Below, piece by piece: positions 32,446 to 43,216 of a stretch of 64,000 nucleotides of DNA (its first letter is position 1; each line of letters starts with the position of its first letter). Under the pieces are notes generated by a model. That model was not told where the DNA came from. It made no database searches and worked only from the letters and a program-made list of their open reading frames with translations. The stretch comes from Promethearchaeota archaeon (lineage in GTDB: Archaea; Asgardarchaeota; Lokiarchaeia; Sigyniarchaeales; SOKP01). The stretch covers positions 17,426 to 81,425 of the forward strand of contig JBHLON010000012.1 of NCBI GenBank assembly GCA_048940445.1. Direction: 5' to 3'. The position numbers and the translations under genes were made by a program.

Positions 32446-32567
32446 AATTTAATTAAATGTTATAAGACTAAATAAAGATTCTTTACCTTGAAGTATTTAT
32501 TTTACTCTCAAAAAATAAACTTATTTTTCGATGAAATTCTTTTATTATTTAATTTAGTAGATAAAAT

Positions 32568-33998
32568 TTGAAACCGGTTTTTATACAAATGTGTAGTATG
32601 AAATATGAAGAACAAATTGCTAAGATTGATAATATTGTAAGCCAACCTTTAAAGAAATTTAAACCCGAAGAATTAAGAGGGATCATAGAAAGATATGAAA
32701 AAAATCATCGTAAATCGAAAGAAGCTTTTGAGAGGGCAAAGAAGGTTATCCCAGGGGGAGTGGAGCATAATCTTGCTTTCAATTTTCCGTTCCCTTTAAC
32801 AAGTAAACGCGTTTATGATTGTTATATGCAAACTATAGATGATATAATACTCTTCGACTATTTAATGTGTGGGGGACCTATAATATTAGGACATAACTAT
32901 AAACCATTAACCGAAAAGATGGTCGAAGTTATTAAAGAGGTAGGATCTTGCCACGGAATAACCAATGAGTATGAGTATTTAGCAGCAGAACAACTACAGA
33001 AACATTTCCCTTCTTGTGAATCCATAAGATGGCTCCAAAGTGGGACTGAAGCAGATATGTTAGCCATTCGAGTAGCACGTGTCTTTACTGGGAAAAAATA
33101 TATAATAAAAGTGGGTGGTAGTTATCATGGTTGGTCTGATCAACTTGTTTATGATTTACATATCCCAGGTACAAAAAGGATGGAATCTCATGGAATTCCA
33201 AAAGAAATTTTCAAAAATATTGAGTCAATTCCTCCAAACGATATTGAAGCATTAAAAGAGCAATTTAAAGAAAAGAAAAAAATTGCTGCTGTTATATTAG
33301 AGCCAATGGGAGGAGAAAGTGGAGCAATTCCAGTGAGACCAGAATTTAATAAAGAAGTAGAGGAGGTTTGTCGCGAAAATGGAACTCTTCTCATTAGTGA
33401 TGAGGTTGTGTGTGCTTTTAGGTTAGATATGGGTGGAGGTCAAGGTTATTTTGATTACACGCCAGATCTCTCTGTATTCGGAAAGATTGTTGGTCACGGC
33501 TATCCTTCTGCTGCTGCTTTAGGTGGAAGAGCTGATATCATGGCTACTGTAGCAGCAGGAATTGGAGGAGGTGCTAAAAGAGCTTACTGTGGAGGAACTC
33601 TGGCAGCAAATCCTCTTACATGCGCCGCAGCTTATTGGGCGATTAAATTTGTAGAAGAAACTCATGCCACTGAAATTGCAGGAAAGATAGCAATGAAAAT
33701 TTCAAATGGTTTAAATGATGTATTTAAAAAATACAATTTACCTTGGTTTTCATACAATTATGGTGGAACAGTACATTTTCACACTTCTTGTGTTTTTGGT
33801 ATAGATATAACAGATCCCAATCAAGCACCACAAATTAAAGAAAGAAAAGAGTTTATGGACCAGATGGGTGCGGCTCTTGTTGATCAAGAAATTATTTCTG
33901 TTGCAGGAAGTCGCTTTTATACCTGTATACTCCATACTGATGAAATGGTAGATGAAACTCTTCAAAAGATCGAAAATATTTGCAAGAAAATAGAATAA
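32568..33998 (+). CDS. Class III PLP aminotransferase (glutamate-1-semialdehyde aminomutase-like; start may be 32589/32598)
   Basis: SGTEA, SYHGW, EP, SDEV, FGKIVGHG, GTLAANP. Confidence 0.88.
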   Translation: MKPVFIQMCSMKYEEQIAKIDNIVSQPLKKFKPEELRGIIERYEKNHRKSKEAFERAKKVIPGGVEHNLAFNFPFPLTSKRVYDCYMQTIDDIILFDYLMCGGPIILGHNYKPLTEKMVEVIKEVGSCHGITNEYEYLAAEQLQKHFPSCESIRWLQSGTEADMLAIRVARVFTGKKYIIKVGGSYHGWSDQLVYDLHIPGTKRMESHGIPKEIFKNIESIPPNDIEALKEQFKEKKKIAAVILEPMGGESGAIPVRPEFNKEVEEVCRENGTLLISDEVVCAFRLDMGGGQGYFDYTPDLSVFGKIVGHGYPSAAALGGRADIMATVAAGIGGGAKRAYCGGTLAANPLTCAAAYWAIKFVEETHATEIAGKIAMKISNGLNDVFKKYNLPWFSYNYGGTVHFHTSCVFGIDITDPNQAPQIKERKEFMDQMGAALVDQEIISVAGSRFYTCILHTDEMVDETLQKIENICKKIE

Positions 33999-34151
33999 CT
34001 TCTCAATTTTACTTTTAATTAAGCACAGTCTACAAGTCAAATAAATTTGGGTATCTATACAATAAAAATAACTTTTTTAAAAATAAGTATAGATATTTAT
34101 TTTTCCATAAATTAAGTCCATTAAGTTTATACTAGATTAAATTTTTAATCA

Positions 34152-36104
34152 ATGAATATAAATAAACCAAGTATCTATTCTATAGCAAAAAATATATCGT
34201 ATGAAATTCTCGTAGAAGAACAATTACAACTACAAAGTAAAGCAATAAATACGTTATTTGAGAGATATAATAAAAAGAGAATTTCGCTTAAATTAAAATT
34301 CCTCTCATATAAGATCATTAATGGGATTATTTTTGCATTATTACCGTTATTTCCAATCATAGCATATTTAGATATTACTACCTCCCTCACAAATTTGGAT
34401 GCCCATGTCCAAATTATCATGCTTATCCAAAGTCTAGTTCTCCAAACTTTTATTATATTACAATTTTTTGATTTCCTTTTAATGGGAGTATTTAATTTGG
34501 TTAACATTATGTCAGGAGAGATTTTTGAATGGTTTAAAACGCTACCTTTTTCTAGGAAGGAATTAAAAAGATTAGCTTTACTCACAATTTTTCATAATTT
34601 CGACATAGCCATTATTGCAAATCTTTTTGCATTCCCTATTATGATATTTATAGTCACTCAAAATGTTTTTGTTCTTCTAATTTCTTTAGGATGTTCAGCT
34701 TTAAATATAATGTTTTCAATTTCCATTTTAATAATCCTTGGACAAAAAATTGGAAAATTAATAAAGGAAAGGAATAAAAAAGTAAAAAGATCATTAATCT
34801 TCCAATTTTTAAACGCGTTTAGTTATGTAATAATTATTTTTGGTAGTATTTTTGCTGCTCAAATAATTTTGAGTTCTATGATCACTTTTATTATCTCTTC
34901 TGCTGATTTAAGCTTTTCTCCGCTTTATAACCTTATCTTAAGCTTTATTTCTTTTCCTTTTAGCCCTGTTTATTTAATTATTTATATTATCCATATTCCA
35001 GAGATGATAATTAATTTTTGGCTTAGTCCTTTATTTGGTATGGCCTTATATGCGATTTATATCTACTTTTTTATTAGGAAAGCAATGAAATCAATTAATG
35101 AAATTTTATCATTAAAACAAAACCTCAATGATTCAATGTTATTAGATAAGGATTATATATTAAGAATTCATAGAACCTCACCGATTAAAGCTTTTATTAG
35201 GAAAGATTTGCTAATAGCATCAAGAAATCTACAGACTTTTATGTATTTCATAATGCCAATCATCATGTCATTTGTTTTTATAATTTTTTTCAATATTAGT
35301 TATGCAGGAGCAGGTGCTTTATTGGGAGGTGATTTATTCTATAATTGGATAGTGATGGTAGGATTTAGCCCCATTATTTCTGGAACAATTGTTTATAACA
35401 TTTTGAGTATAGAAAGTACGGGGAAAACTATAACAGGAGCGCTCCCAATTGTTATTCGTGATCAAGCTAAAGCAAAATTAGGAATAATGATTTTAATTCA
35501 AGTTATTGCTTTACTAGCTCCATCTTTAATTTATCTTCTTAACTCTAGGTTCATTGATTTATTAATAACTTCTCTTGCTGCGTTACCATTTACACTCATC
35601 TTTCTATTGTTAATTTTTATCCAACGAGTGTTATTCTTTGGGAAAAGAAAAAGCAAATATGTTCTTGATGAAATTGCCCCTAAAAATAAGATGAGCAAGT
35701 GGATATTTATATTTTTCATAAATTATTTTTTATATATTCTACTTGTTTCAATTATCTATTTCTTATATTTTTCCTTTGACTTTTTTATACTTCTATTAAA
35801 CTTGATAATAATAATTTTAATTTTAATAGTTGTTGTAAAAGGTCTTTTCGATATATTGTTTCCAAAATTCAAAATTGATGTAAATTTAAAGAAACAAACT
35901 CGTCAGAAACTAAAAGTAGTTAAATGGCCAATAATCATAACATCAATTGTAATTATTTATTATTTAATTTCTATATTATTCTTAGTTGGACCAACATTTA
36001 TTTTATTTAACCCTCAATTATCTACGGGACTATTCCTTATAATAATCGCTATAATAATGGTAATTTTATCTTTAACAATTCCAAAAAAAAGAAGAGGCAA
36101 GTAA
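34152..36104 (+). CDS. Polytopic membrane protein, ABC-2-type permease-like
   Basis: Many hydrophobic helices; TLPFS and KDLLIASRN..ALPI motifs in two halves. Confidence 0.6.
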   Translation: MNINKPSIYSIAKNISYEILVEEQLQLQSKAINTLFERYNKKRISLKLKFLSYKIINGIIFALLPLFPIIAYLDITTSLTNLDAHVQIIMLIQSLVLQTFIILQFFDFLLMGVFNLVNIMSGEIFEWFKTLPFSRKELKRLALLTIFHNFDIAIIANLFAFPIMIFIVTQNVFVLLISLGCSALNIMFSISILIILGQKIGKLIKERNKKVKRSLIFQFLNAFSYVIIIFGSIFAAQIILSSMITFIISSADLSFSPLYNLILSFISFPFSPVYLIIYIIHIPEMIINFWLSPLFGMALYAIYIYFFIRKAMKSINEILSLKQNLNDSMLLDKDYILRIHRTSPIKAFIRKDLLIASRNLQTFMYFIMPIIMSFVFIIFFNISYAGAGALLGGDLFYNWIVMVGFSPIISGTIVYNILSIESTGKTITGALPIVIRDQAKAKLGIMILIQVIALLAPSLIYLLNSRFIDLLITSLAALPFTLIFLLLIFIQRVLFFGKRKSKYVLDEIAPKNKMSKWIFIFFINYFLYILLVSIIYFLYFSFDFFILLLNLIIIILILIVVVKGLFDILFPKFKIDVNLKKQTRQKLKVVKWPIIITSIVIIYYLISILFLVGPTFILFNPQLSTGLFLIIIAIIMVILSLTIPKKRRGK

Positions 36105-36209
36105 ATAAAAATTAAAACTTCTAATTTTCCGAATTTTATTAAGAACTGGAACCACTTGTATTCTTTAATAATAATCATGAAAAATCAATTAATCGAGTAG
36201 GGATAATAA

Positions 36210-37235
36210 TTGAGAAAACAAAAAAAAATAACTAATCCCTCTAATTTATTAAATGAGAATGGGAGTCTTCTACAAAGAGGTTGGGCAACAAAACCGATAT
36301 TGAAATATAATAAAGAAAATATCGGTAAAGGTTGGATACGAATTAAAGAATGGGATCATTTTTCTGTTTTAAATGAGCAGTTTGGAATTCAATTAACGAT
36401 AGGAGATATTGGATACTTAACACAGATGAGTTATGTGTGGTTTGATTTTGTTGAGAAGAAAAGATATGATAAAGCAGTAATGAAATTTTTTACTAAGTCG
36501 AAACTTTTACCTCTAAGTTCTATTGAAGATTTTTTTATAGAGGTTCCTACTCTGAAATTTAGAGCTACTATTGAAAGGAGGGGGAATAATAGAATTCTTA
36601 CAATCGATGATAAACACTTCTTAAATAAGGGTATAAATGGAACTATTTCACTTTTTGATAATCCTAAATGGGATAATACAGTGGTAGTCACTGGTTATAA
36701 GGAAAAACCAAAATTATTTTATTATAACCATAAAATAAATATGATGCCTGCTGAGGGAAAAATAACCATCGGAGAAAAAGTATATAACTTTGAACCGGAA
36801 TCATCCTTTGGATTGATGGATTGGGGAAGAGGGATTTGGCCATATAAAACTCATTGGTTATGGGGATCTGCATGTGGAATTGTTGGTGGGGTTCCTGTTG
36901 CGTTTAATATTGGTTATGGATTTGGAGATCTTTCGACTCATACAGAAAATATTCTTTTTTATGACGGTGAGGCTCATAAAATTGATGAAGTTTATTTTCA
37001 CCATGAGAATCGAGACCCTGAAAAACCATGGAGCTTTAGTAGCAATGACAACCGTTTTAATATGACATTGTACCCGTTAATCCCTCACCGTGAAAAAATT
37101 AATTTTGGATTAATTTATTTAGATTCTTCTTTATTACATGGAGTTTATACCGGAAAATTAGTTTTAGATAATGGAGAGAAGATCTATATAAAAGATTTGC
37201 TAGGTCATGCTGAGGATATCTACTGGCGTTGGTAA
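36210..37235 (+). CDS. DUF2804 family protein
   Basis: RIKEWD, YNHK, DWGRGIWPYKTHWLW, TEN, GHAE..W. Confidence 0.8.
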   Translation: MRKQKKITNPSNLLNENGSLLQRGWATKPILKYNKENIGKGWIRIKEWDHFSVLNEQFGIQLTIGDIGYLTQMSYVWFDFVEKKRYDKAVMKFFTKSKLLPLSSIEDFFIEVPTLKFRATIERRGNNRILTIDDKHFLNKGINGTISLFDNPKWDNTVVVTGYKEKPKLFYYNHKINMMPAEGKITIGEKVYNFEPESSFGLMDWGRGIWPYKTHWLWGSACGIVGGVPVAFNIGYGFGDLSTHTENILFYDGEAHKIDEVYFHHENRDPEKPWSFSSNDNRFNMTLYPLIPHREKINFGLIYLDSSLLHGVYTGKLVLDNGEKIYIKDLLGHAEDIYWRW

Positions 37236-37286
37236 ATCTTACTCATCACACCTTTTTTATTAAAATCGTTTCCTTTAGATAAAAAA

Positions 37287-38642
37287 TCATTTCAATTCTT
37301 GACCTTTTTTACCTTTCCCTTTTTTTCTTTGAATTTCTTCTTCTAAACTCTTCTTGACTCTCATTACATAATCGTACACATTTTTGTTAAATTTTTTTAA
37401 ATCTTCAGAACTCCAAATTTCCGAATTCCGGAATGGAAATTCCATTCCAAATTCTCTACTAATATTTATCTCGAGCTCTCTGGCTTTTTCTTTTAACTGT
37501 TCCCAATTCATATTCGCCCCTAAAATAGGCATAATGTTTATATTGTGCCTAAATGCTAATTTTAATTCATTGATACAATCTTTTGAATAAGCGGAATTTT
37601 CTGTGAAAAAGATAATTAAAAGTTGACTTCGTGGAACTCTTGTCTCCATCCAATCATCGATATTTCCAACCATCCCTTCCTCACAATAATCTACTTTATA
37701 AATCCCTTTCTGTTTTTGTAAATATTTAGCAAGATTACTAATTTGATATTCATCATAATCTGTAATAGCATGACTGATAAATACTCGGATCCCTCTTTGT
37801 TTTACTTTCTTTCGTATAGCAAGTGAAATAGCCGCTATAATTGTTAATACAACGACACCTATTATAATAGCAGTTACTACAATTTGCCAATCATTAGGTT
37901 GAGCCGTAAATTGTTTCACTATTTGCAATTCTTTCCAACTCATATTACCATCGGTATCGTTTGCATAAAAGTTGATTTTAAACATTCCTAGAGGTATACT
38001 CTCCCAGATCACATAGTCTAAATATTCAGCTGTATCATTCTGGAGAAATTCCTTGAATGAAAGGGCACCAGATACATTATACCATATTTTATCTAAATTT
38101 TCATCGAATACAATTACCTTTATTAAAGGAGGTTCATCCCAATAAGTACTCGCCAGAGGTAACTGAATAATGATATTAGGAAAAATATCCAAAACATTCA
38201 CTGTTATAATAACTAAGATTGAAGTATAATTTGTTTTTTGAGCAGAAATGTTTAAATTGTTAATTCCTAAATTCAAACTGGCTGTGTTTATTAATACATA
38301 ATAACTATTAAGCCCTTCTGTAAGTAAATCATTAATTGTTTCACCGGTTAATCCAACCGTAGCCCCGCTAATAAAGTTTCCAGTTAAAATCTCTGAATAA
38401 ATAATTGTTATATTTAAAATCTCATTATAATCAATTTCGATATATTTTGTTTGAGTCTCATTTTGACTGTTTAGAAATATTGTTGTAATATCAGCTTCTG
38501 TAAAGGATGATTGGGGGTCTTCTATCGCTTTGTTAGATTTTTCCTGATTTATATTATTTAAGGGAAAAAACTTTAATAGACTTAAAAGCAACACTAGACT
38601 TAATAAAGTTAAGAAGAATACTATAATTTCCTTTTTCTCCAT
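37287..38642 (-). CDS. Single-pass membrane protein: Ig-like ectodomain + TM + cytoplasmic TIR domain
   Basis: N-terminal signal/anchor; beta-rich ectodomain with WY..FYANDTDGN unit; TM IVVTAIIIGVVVLTIIAAISLAI-RKK; TIR VFISHA..SQLLIIFFTENSAYSKDCINEL..IMPI. Confidence 0.85.
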   Translation of the reverse strand: MEKKEIIVFFLTLLSLVLLLSLLKFFPLNNINQEKSNKAIEDPQSSFTEADITTIFLNSQNETQTKYIEIDYNEILNITIIYSEILTGNFISGATVGLTGETINDLLTEGLNSYYVLINTASLNLGINNLNISAQKTNYTSILVIITVNVLDIFPNIIIQLPLASTYWDEPPLIKVIVFDENLDKIWYNVSGALSFKEFLQNDTAEYLDYVIWESIPLGMFKINFYANDTDGNMSWKELQIVKQFTAQPNDWQIVVTAIIIGVVVLTIIAAISLAIRKKVKQRGIRVFISHAITDYDEYQISNLAKYLQKQKGIYKVDYCEEGMVGNIDDWMETRVPRSQLLIIFFTENSAYSKDCINELKLAFRHNINIMPILGANMNWEQLKEKARELEINISREFGMEFPFRNSEIWSSEDLKKFNKNVYDYVMRVKKSLEEEIQRKKGKGKKGQELK

Positions 38643-38748
38643 TGAATTTCGTGTTTATCTTGTATAATTCTCTATAAATACACTTTATATCTAACTATTA
38701 TTTAAGTCTTTTTAATCAAGTATTTCAGGATTAAGACTCTTTTTATTT

Positions 38749-39411
38749 TTAAAATTGTTTTCTTTGAAAATTAATAATTGCAATTATAAGGAACGCTAAT
38801 GTTAAGCTTATTCCAACTAATGATGTTAATAATATCGGATTTATAATTTGAATGAAAAGTATTGCTATAACTGAAAGTGCAGATAATTGATTTCCAACAT
38901 AAACTGATAATATTGCTGCTGCTGCTACAGAACGAATTAATGTCCCGAAAAATACTCCTATTGAACAAGATATTGCCATTGCTGCCATAGTAGTTATAAG
39001 AGATTGAATAGTTATATCAGCAAAGGATTGAGAAGGAATACCAATTGTGAAATAATCGATGATTAAGCCAGCTATTAAAGAAATTATAGTCGCTATGAAT
39101 AAACATAAGTAAACCGCAAAAAATTTTGCTAATATAAGGTTATATCTTTTAACAGGTCTGATGAGGAATAGTTCATATACATGTGAACTCATTTCATTTG
39201 CCATAGAGGTTCCTAGCATAGCTGATCCTAACGTTCCTCCTATTGATGCTGTAACTATGGCAACTAAAGTACTAAATGGAAATCCTCCAGTATCTGATTG
39301 AAAGAAATGCATTATTATTGTCACTAAAGGCATTCCAATCCATAATATTATCATTACTTTTGATTTGTAAAAACCTTTTAACTCATCAAAAAACAGAATT
39401 TTCAAGCTCAT
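38749..39411 (-). CDS. ABC-2 type permease
   Basis: About 6 TM helices, E..LIRPVKR..AKF; adjacent to ABC ATPase. Confidence 0.85.
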   Translation of the reverse strand: MSLKILFFDELKGFYKSKVMIILWIGMPLVTIIMHFFQSDTGGFPFSTLVAIVTASIGGTLGSAMLGTSMANEMSSHVYELFLIRPVKRYNLILAKFFAVYLCLFIATIISLIAGLIIDYFTIGIPSQSFADITIQSLITTMAAMAISCSIGVFFGTLIRSVAAAAILSVYVGNQLSALSVIAILFIQIINPILLTSLVGISLTLAFLIIAIINFQRKQF

Positions 39412-39413
39412 TT

Positions 39414-40355
39414 CTAACGTCCTCCAACATAGTGTAAATAAACTTCTTCTAAACTGGGGGTTACTAATGAAATATTTCTTAATTTACAGTTATTATTCAC
39501 AATTTCTTTCAAAATTTGATGTATACATAGATCAACATCAAAATTATGTTTTAAGTAGACTTTTTGAATATGTTGATTTAAAATTTCAAGCTTTTCTACA
39601 AATTCAAAACGATCTATCTTGTTACACATATTTGTATCCATGGCATAGCCAATTTGAATTATATTTCCTATTTGGAAGTCTAATTGTAGCTCTTTGGGCG
39701 TTCCAATCTTTTTAATTTTACCTTGATTTAAAATCCCAATCTTATTGGCAACATCTTGCACATCACTTAAAATATGTGAAGAAAATAGAATGGTCTTTCC
39801 TTCAGATCCTAACTGTTTAACCAAATTTTTAAATTGATATCTACTCATAGGATCTAATCCCGTAAGTGGCTCATCTAATATGAGTATTTCAGGATTACTT
39901 AATAAAGCTTGTGCTAACCTTAGTTTTTGGACCATACCTCCTGATAAATGTACAATCTTCTTATTTTGAAATTCTTTTAAGCTTACAAATTCTAATATCT
40001 CATCAATTCTAGATTTTAAAAATTCACTCTCTAAACCAGAGAGCTTCCCAAAAGTTATCAGAGCTTGATTAACAGTTCTCCATGATTGAAATCCTGCTTC
40101 TTGGGGGTGATATCCTAAAACTCTAGAGAGTTCATTATAATTAAGTCTTAGGTCATTTCCATTTATCAAAACATCTCCTGTATAATTTCTTATTAGTCCA
40201 ACTAATATCTTAATTGTTGTTGTTTTACCAGCTCCATTAGGTCCGATATATCCAAAAATATCTCCTTTATTTATCGTAAATGATATTTTATCTAGCGCAA
40301 GTAATTCTTTATATTTTTTAGAAACATCACGAAATTGGATAAAGATTTCTGTCAT
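39414..40355 (-). CDS. ABC transporter ATP-binding protein
   Basis: GPNGAGKTT, LSGG, LDEP, SSH. Confidence 0.93.
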   Translation of the reverse strand: MTEIFIQFRDVSKKYKELLALDKISFTINKGDIFGYIGPNGAGKTTTIKILVGLIRNYTGDVLINGNDLRLNYNELSRVLGYHPQEAGFQSWRTVNQALITFGKLSGLESEFLKSRIDEILEFVSLKEFQNKKIVHLSGGMVQKLRLAQALLSNPEILILDEPLTGLDPMSRYQFKNLVKQLGSEGKTILFSSHILSDVQDVANKIGILNQGKIKKIGTPKELQLDFQIGNIIQIGYAMDTNMCNKIDRFEFVEKLEILNQHIQKVYLKHNFDVDLCIHQILKEIVNNNCKLRNISLVTPSLEEVYLHYVGGR

Positions 40356-40848
40356 ATTTAGTTACCATGAATCAATAGATAAATAAATTATGAAAGATAA
40401 GAATGTTTTGTATTCTAATGAGAGAAAATATTAAAACTTTAAGAACATACCCAACTCAAGAATATATCCCATTTTAATTAAGTTACAAAAAATATATGTG
40501 TAAATCTTCAAGATTATAGCAATGTGTAGATATCTATACCTAGTTAAGGAGAGAGAGAAAAATAGATAACAATATCGACAGAAGGAAAAACATTCAAGAA
40601 TCTTCTTTTTTTTGAACATCATAAATGCCTTTTAACAAAATAAAAATATTTAAATATGAAATATCACTCTCAAATTGGGATTCTAATTCATTAAGTAGAT
40701 GCATTGAATCAATAATATCAAGATTATTTAGGATTTTAAATGGTCTTAATCTGTTTTTAGGACTCTTTTATGCGTTATACTATATAGATGTTTTGATATA
40801 GGGGCCCTTAAGTTAGAATAATAAAGCAAAAGAAACTTATATCTAAAA

Positions 40849-41820
40849 ATGGCAGAGATAGGTATATTTATTTTAGCTATTTTCATGCTAATAGGAGGGT
40901 TAGTTTTAATAATCTACAGTAGTATCAAAGCTGTTAAACATTCAGCTATACTTGCGGCAACACTGGGTATTTCTCCATTAGTAATTGGAGTGGCGCTAGT
41001 TTCAATTGGAACTGATGTCTCAGAGATTTTTAATTCAATTATATCATGTGCGCTTGGTCATGGTGACATTGATGTGGGAGATAGTGTAGGTTCAGATTTA
41101 ACTCAACTCACACTGGTTTTTGGTTTATTACCATTAGTCTCTGGTGTTTTTTACGTTCATAGAAAAGATATTATAATTCTAGGGGTATGTGAAGTTCTAT
41201 CGTTAATTTTAATATTTACCGTTGTTGAAAAGGGTTATTTCACTAGAATCGATGCAATACTTATGATTGCTTGTTTGGGTATATATATTTGGTTAATATA
41301 CAATACCAATAAGGAAAGTATTCTCGAAAGAGTGGGAATGATTCAGAAAATAAGATCTCCCAAAAGTAAAAAATTTCATCTCTTTATCGCTTCATTAGGT
41401 TTTGGAGGAGTTACAATTAGTTCTTACATGATCGTTAATTCAGTTATTATTATATCTAATGCATTAAATATTCATGAATACATTATTAGTTTCGTCATAG
41501 TTTCTGTAGGTACTTCATTACCTGAATTGGCAGTAGACATTAACGCCTTAAGACTAAAGCAACACGAAATAGCTATAGGGGATATAATAGGTTCTTGTAT
41601 TGTAGATTCTACGCTCTCAATTGCGATTGGGCAAGCTCTTTTTCCACAGCGTGTTACAGCAAGACTAATTACTCCAACTGTCCTATATACATTATTGGCG
41701 AGTTTTATTGTAATTACAATAGTGGCAGTTAGAAAAAAAGTGGATCGAAGAGCTGGGGCAATATTTGTTTCAATTTATGTGTTTTCTTTTCTGTTTCTAT
41801 TTCTTTTAGGATTTTGGTAA
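40849..41820 (+). CDS. Na+/Ca2+ exchanger (CaCA, YrbG-like)
   Basis: Alpha repeats SIGTDVSE..GDSVGS and SVGTSLPE..GDIIGS. Confidence 0.88.
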   Translation: MAEIGIFILAIFMLIGGLVLIIYSSIKAVKHSAILAATLGISPLVIGVALVSIGTDVSEIFNSIISCALGHGDIDVGDSVGSDLTQLTLVFGLLPLVSGVFYVHRKDIIILGVCEVLSLILIFTVVEKGYFTRIDAILMIACLGIYIWLIYNTNKESILERVGMIQKIRSPKSKKFHLFIASLGFGGVTISSYMIVNSVIIISNALNIHEYIISFVIVSVGTSLPELAVDINALRLKQHEIAIGDIIGSCIVDSTLSIAIGQALFPQRVTARLITPTVLYTLLASFIVITIVAVRKKVDRRAGAIFVSIYVFSFLFLFLLGFW

Positions 41821-41852
41821 TATAATTATTCAAATAAGAGTCCAATAATTGG

Positions 41853-42200
41853 TTATATTGGCATATAGAATTTACATAAACTACATTGTTTTACTTTTAA
41901 GCGTCTATCCGGACCTAAAATAATATATTTGGATTGCATTGAACCACCACATTTAGGACAGTTTTTGGCAAAATTTTCCTTTATAGAATCTAATACTTTC
42001 TGAATATTTTTTTCTAATTTGAGGAGCTCATTAGCATTTTCAATAATTTTTCTTGCTGAAATCAAACCAATTCCCTTTATCCATGCCAATTCTTCAGGTT
42101 TAGCATTTGCGATATCTTGTATAGAACTAACACCTGCTTTATTTAATTTAATTGCAGCTACTGGACCAATTCCCCTTATTCGTTCAAGCTCATTCGACAT
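41853..42200 (-). CDS. Helix-hairpin-helix DNA-binding protein with C-terminal zinc ribbon
   Basis: IRGIGP and IKGIG HhH pairs; CPKCG..CSLC. Likely start MSNEL at 42200. Confidence 0.75.
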   Translation of the reverse strand: MSNELERIRGIGPVAAIKLNKAGVSSIQDIANAKPEELAWIKGIGLISARKIIENANELLKLEKNIQKVLDSIKENFAKNCPKCGGSMQSKYIILGPDRRLKVKQCSLCKFYMPI

Positions 42201-42383
42201 AACATAAATACTTAAGCTTTTGTTTTTAAATGTCCCTTTCTGAAGTTCTATTGAAGAATTACTATGAATTCTTCTCAATTAATCAGATAATATGAATTTA
42301 ATTGAATATGATTATGATATTATTTAATTTAATCAATTAAGAAAAAAAAAATTTTAGATTTAATTATTTCTTTAATTAAAAAT

Positions 42384-43100
42384 TTATTTTTCTATTTGAC
42401 GCCCTACACCAAAGTACATTAAATATCCACCTGCTAATCCTAAGATTACTCCTATTGCACTTATAATGATTCTGAATGTTTGATCATTAAGAGTATTCGA
42501 TAGAAAAATTCCGTACATAAAAATACATAGAGCGCAAAATCCAAATATAAAAAATTTCCACTTTTTTTTTAAATTTATATCTTCGAATCTACTATATATT
42601 TGAATTGAGAAATAGAGTAGAGGTACAATTATCACGGTTTCAACTATGAATACATATATAAAGAATCCAATACTCCAAACAGGAGAATAATTTGGATTCA
42701 GAGAAACTCCGGGTATAGGAGTGAATAAAAAGATAATCATAGCAAACATTGCAATACCATAGACAATAATAATAATCAATTGTTTGCTTGTTGTAATCAC
42801 TTTCTCAGACTTCAAAAGTATTAAATTAAACACCAGAAGGAATACAGGTGCATAAAATATACAAAAATTTGTAATAAAGTTTAAAATGAGAATGGTAGAC
42901 ACATCAGTAAGAAATACATAAATGAAGTTTATGAATGAGCCAATTACAGCGGATATATAAAATGATGCGAAGATTATATTCAATCGTTTTGTGTCTCGCT
43001 TTAGGGTCTTAATTGCTAAATAAAGAAAGAAGGCAAAAACCAATCCTTGTGCAACGAATACAGTAAGAATTCTCGTTGTCTCTAATTGTAATAATACCAT
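42384..43100 (-). CDS. Stand-alone 7TM membrane protein (HisKA_7TM-like), paralog A
   Basis: Seven hydrophobic segments; PVWS, LKKKWKFF. Confidence 0.7.
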   Translation of the reverse strand: MVLLQLETTRILTVFVAQGLVFAFFLYLAIKTLKRDTKRLNIIFASFYISAVIGSFINFIYVFLTDVSTILILNFITNFCIFYAPVFLLVFNLILLKSEKVITTSKQLIIIIVYGIAMFAMIIFLFTPIPGVSLNPNYSPVWSIGFFIYVFIVETVIIVPLLYFSIQIYSRFEDINLKKKWKFFIFGFCALCIFMYGIFLSNTLNDQTFRIIISAIGVILGLAGGYLMYFGVGRQIEK

Positions 43101-43216
43101 AAATTAATCACGGTTTTTTAATTTTTATTTGAATTTTGAATTTAATATTGTTATTTAATAATTTAAATGCATTTAACATTTGCTAATGTTTTAAAAATAG
43201 AACATTTCTATAGCAT

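Noticed and set aside
40431-40622. 63-aa ORF or degraded membrane-protein gene in the 40356-40848 gap
   Set aside because: No recognisable motif or RBS; hydrophobic fragments in several frames are expected in AT-rich DNA. It may be a remnant but I cannot support it.
40790-40815. GGGGCCC as the start of a tRNA
   Set aside because: No cloverleaf, T-loop (GTTCRA) or acceptor-stem partner follows.
42201-42278. N-terminal extension of the HhH protein
   Set aside because: Covers a TATA-like region; the domain starts at MSNEL (42200).
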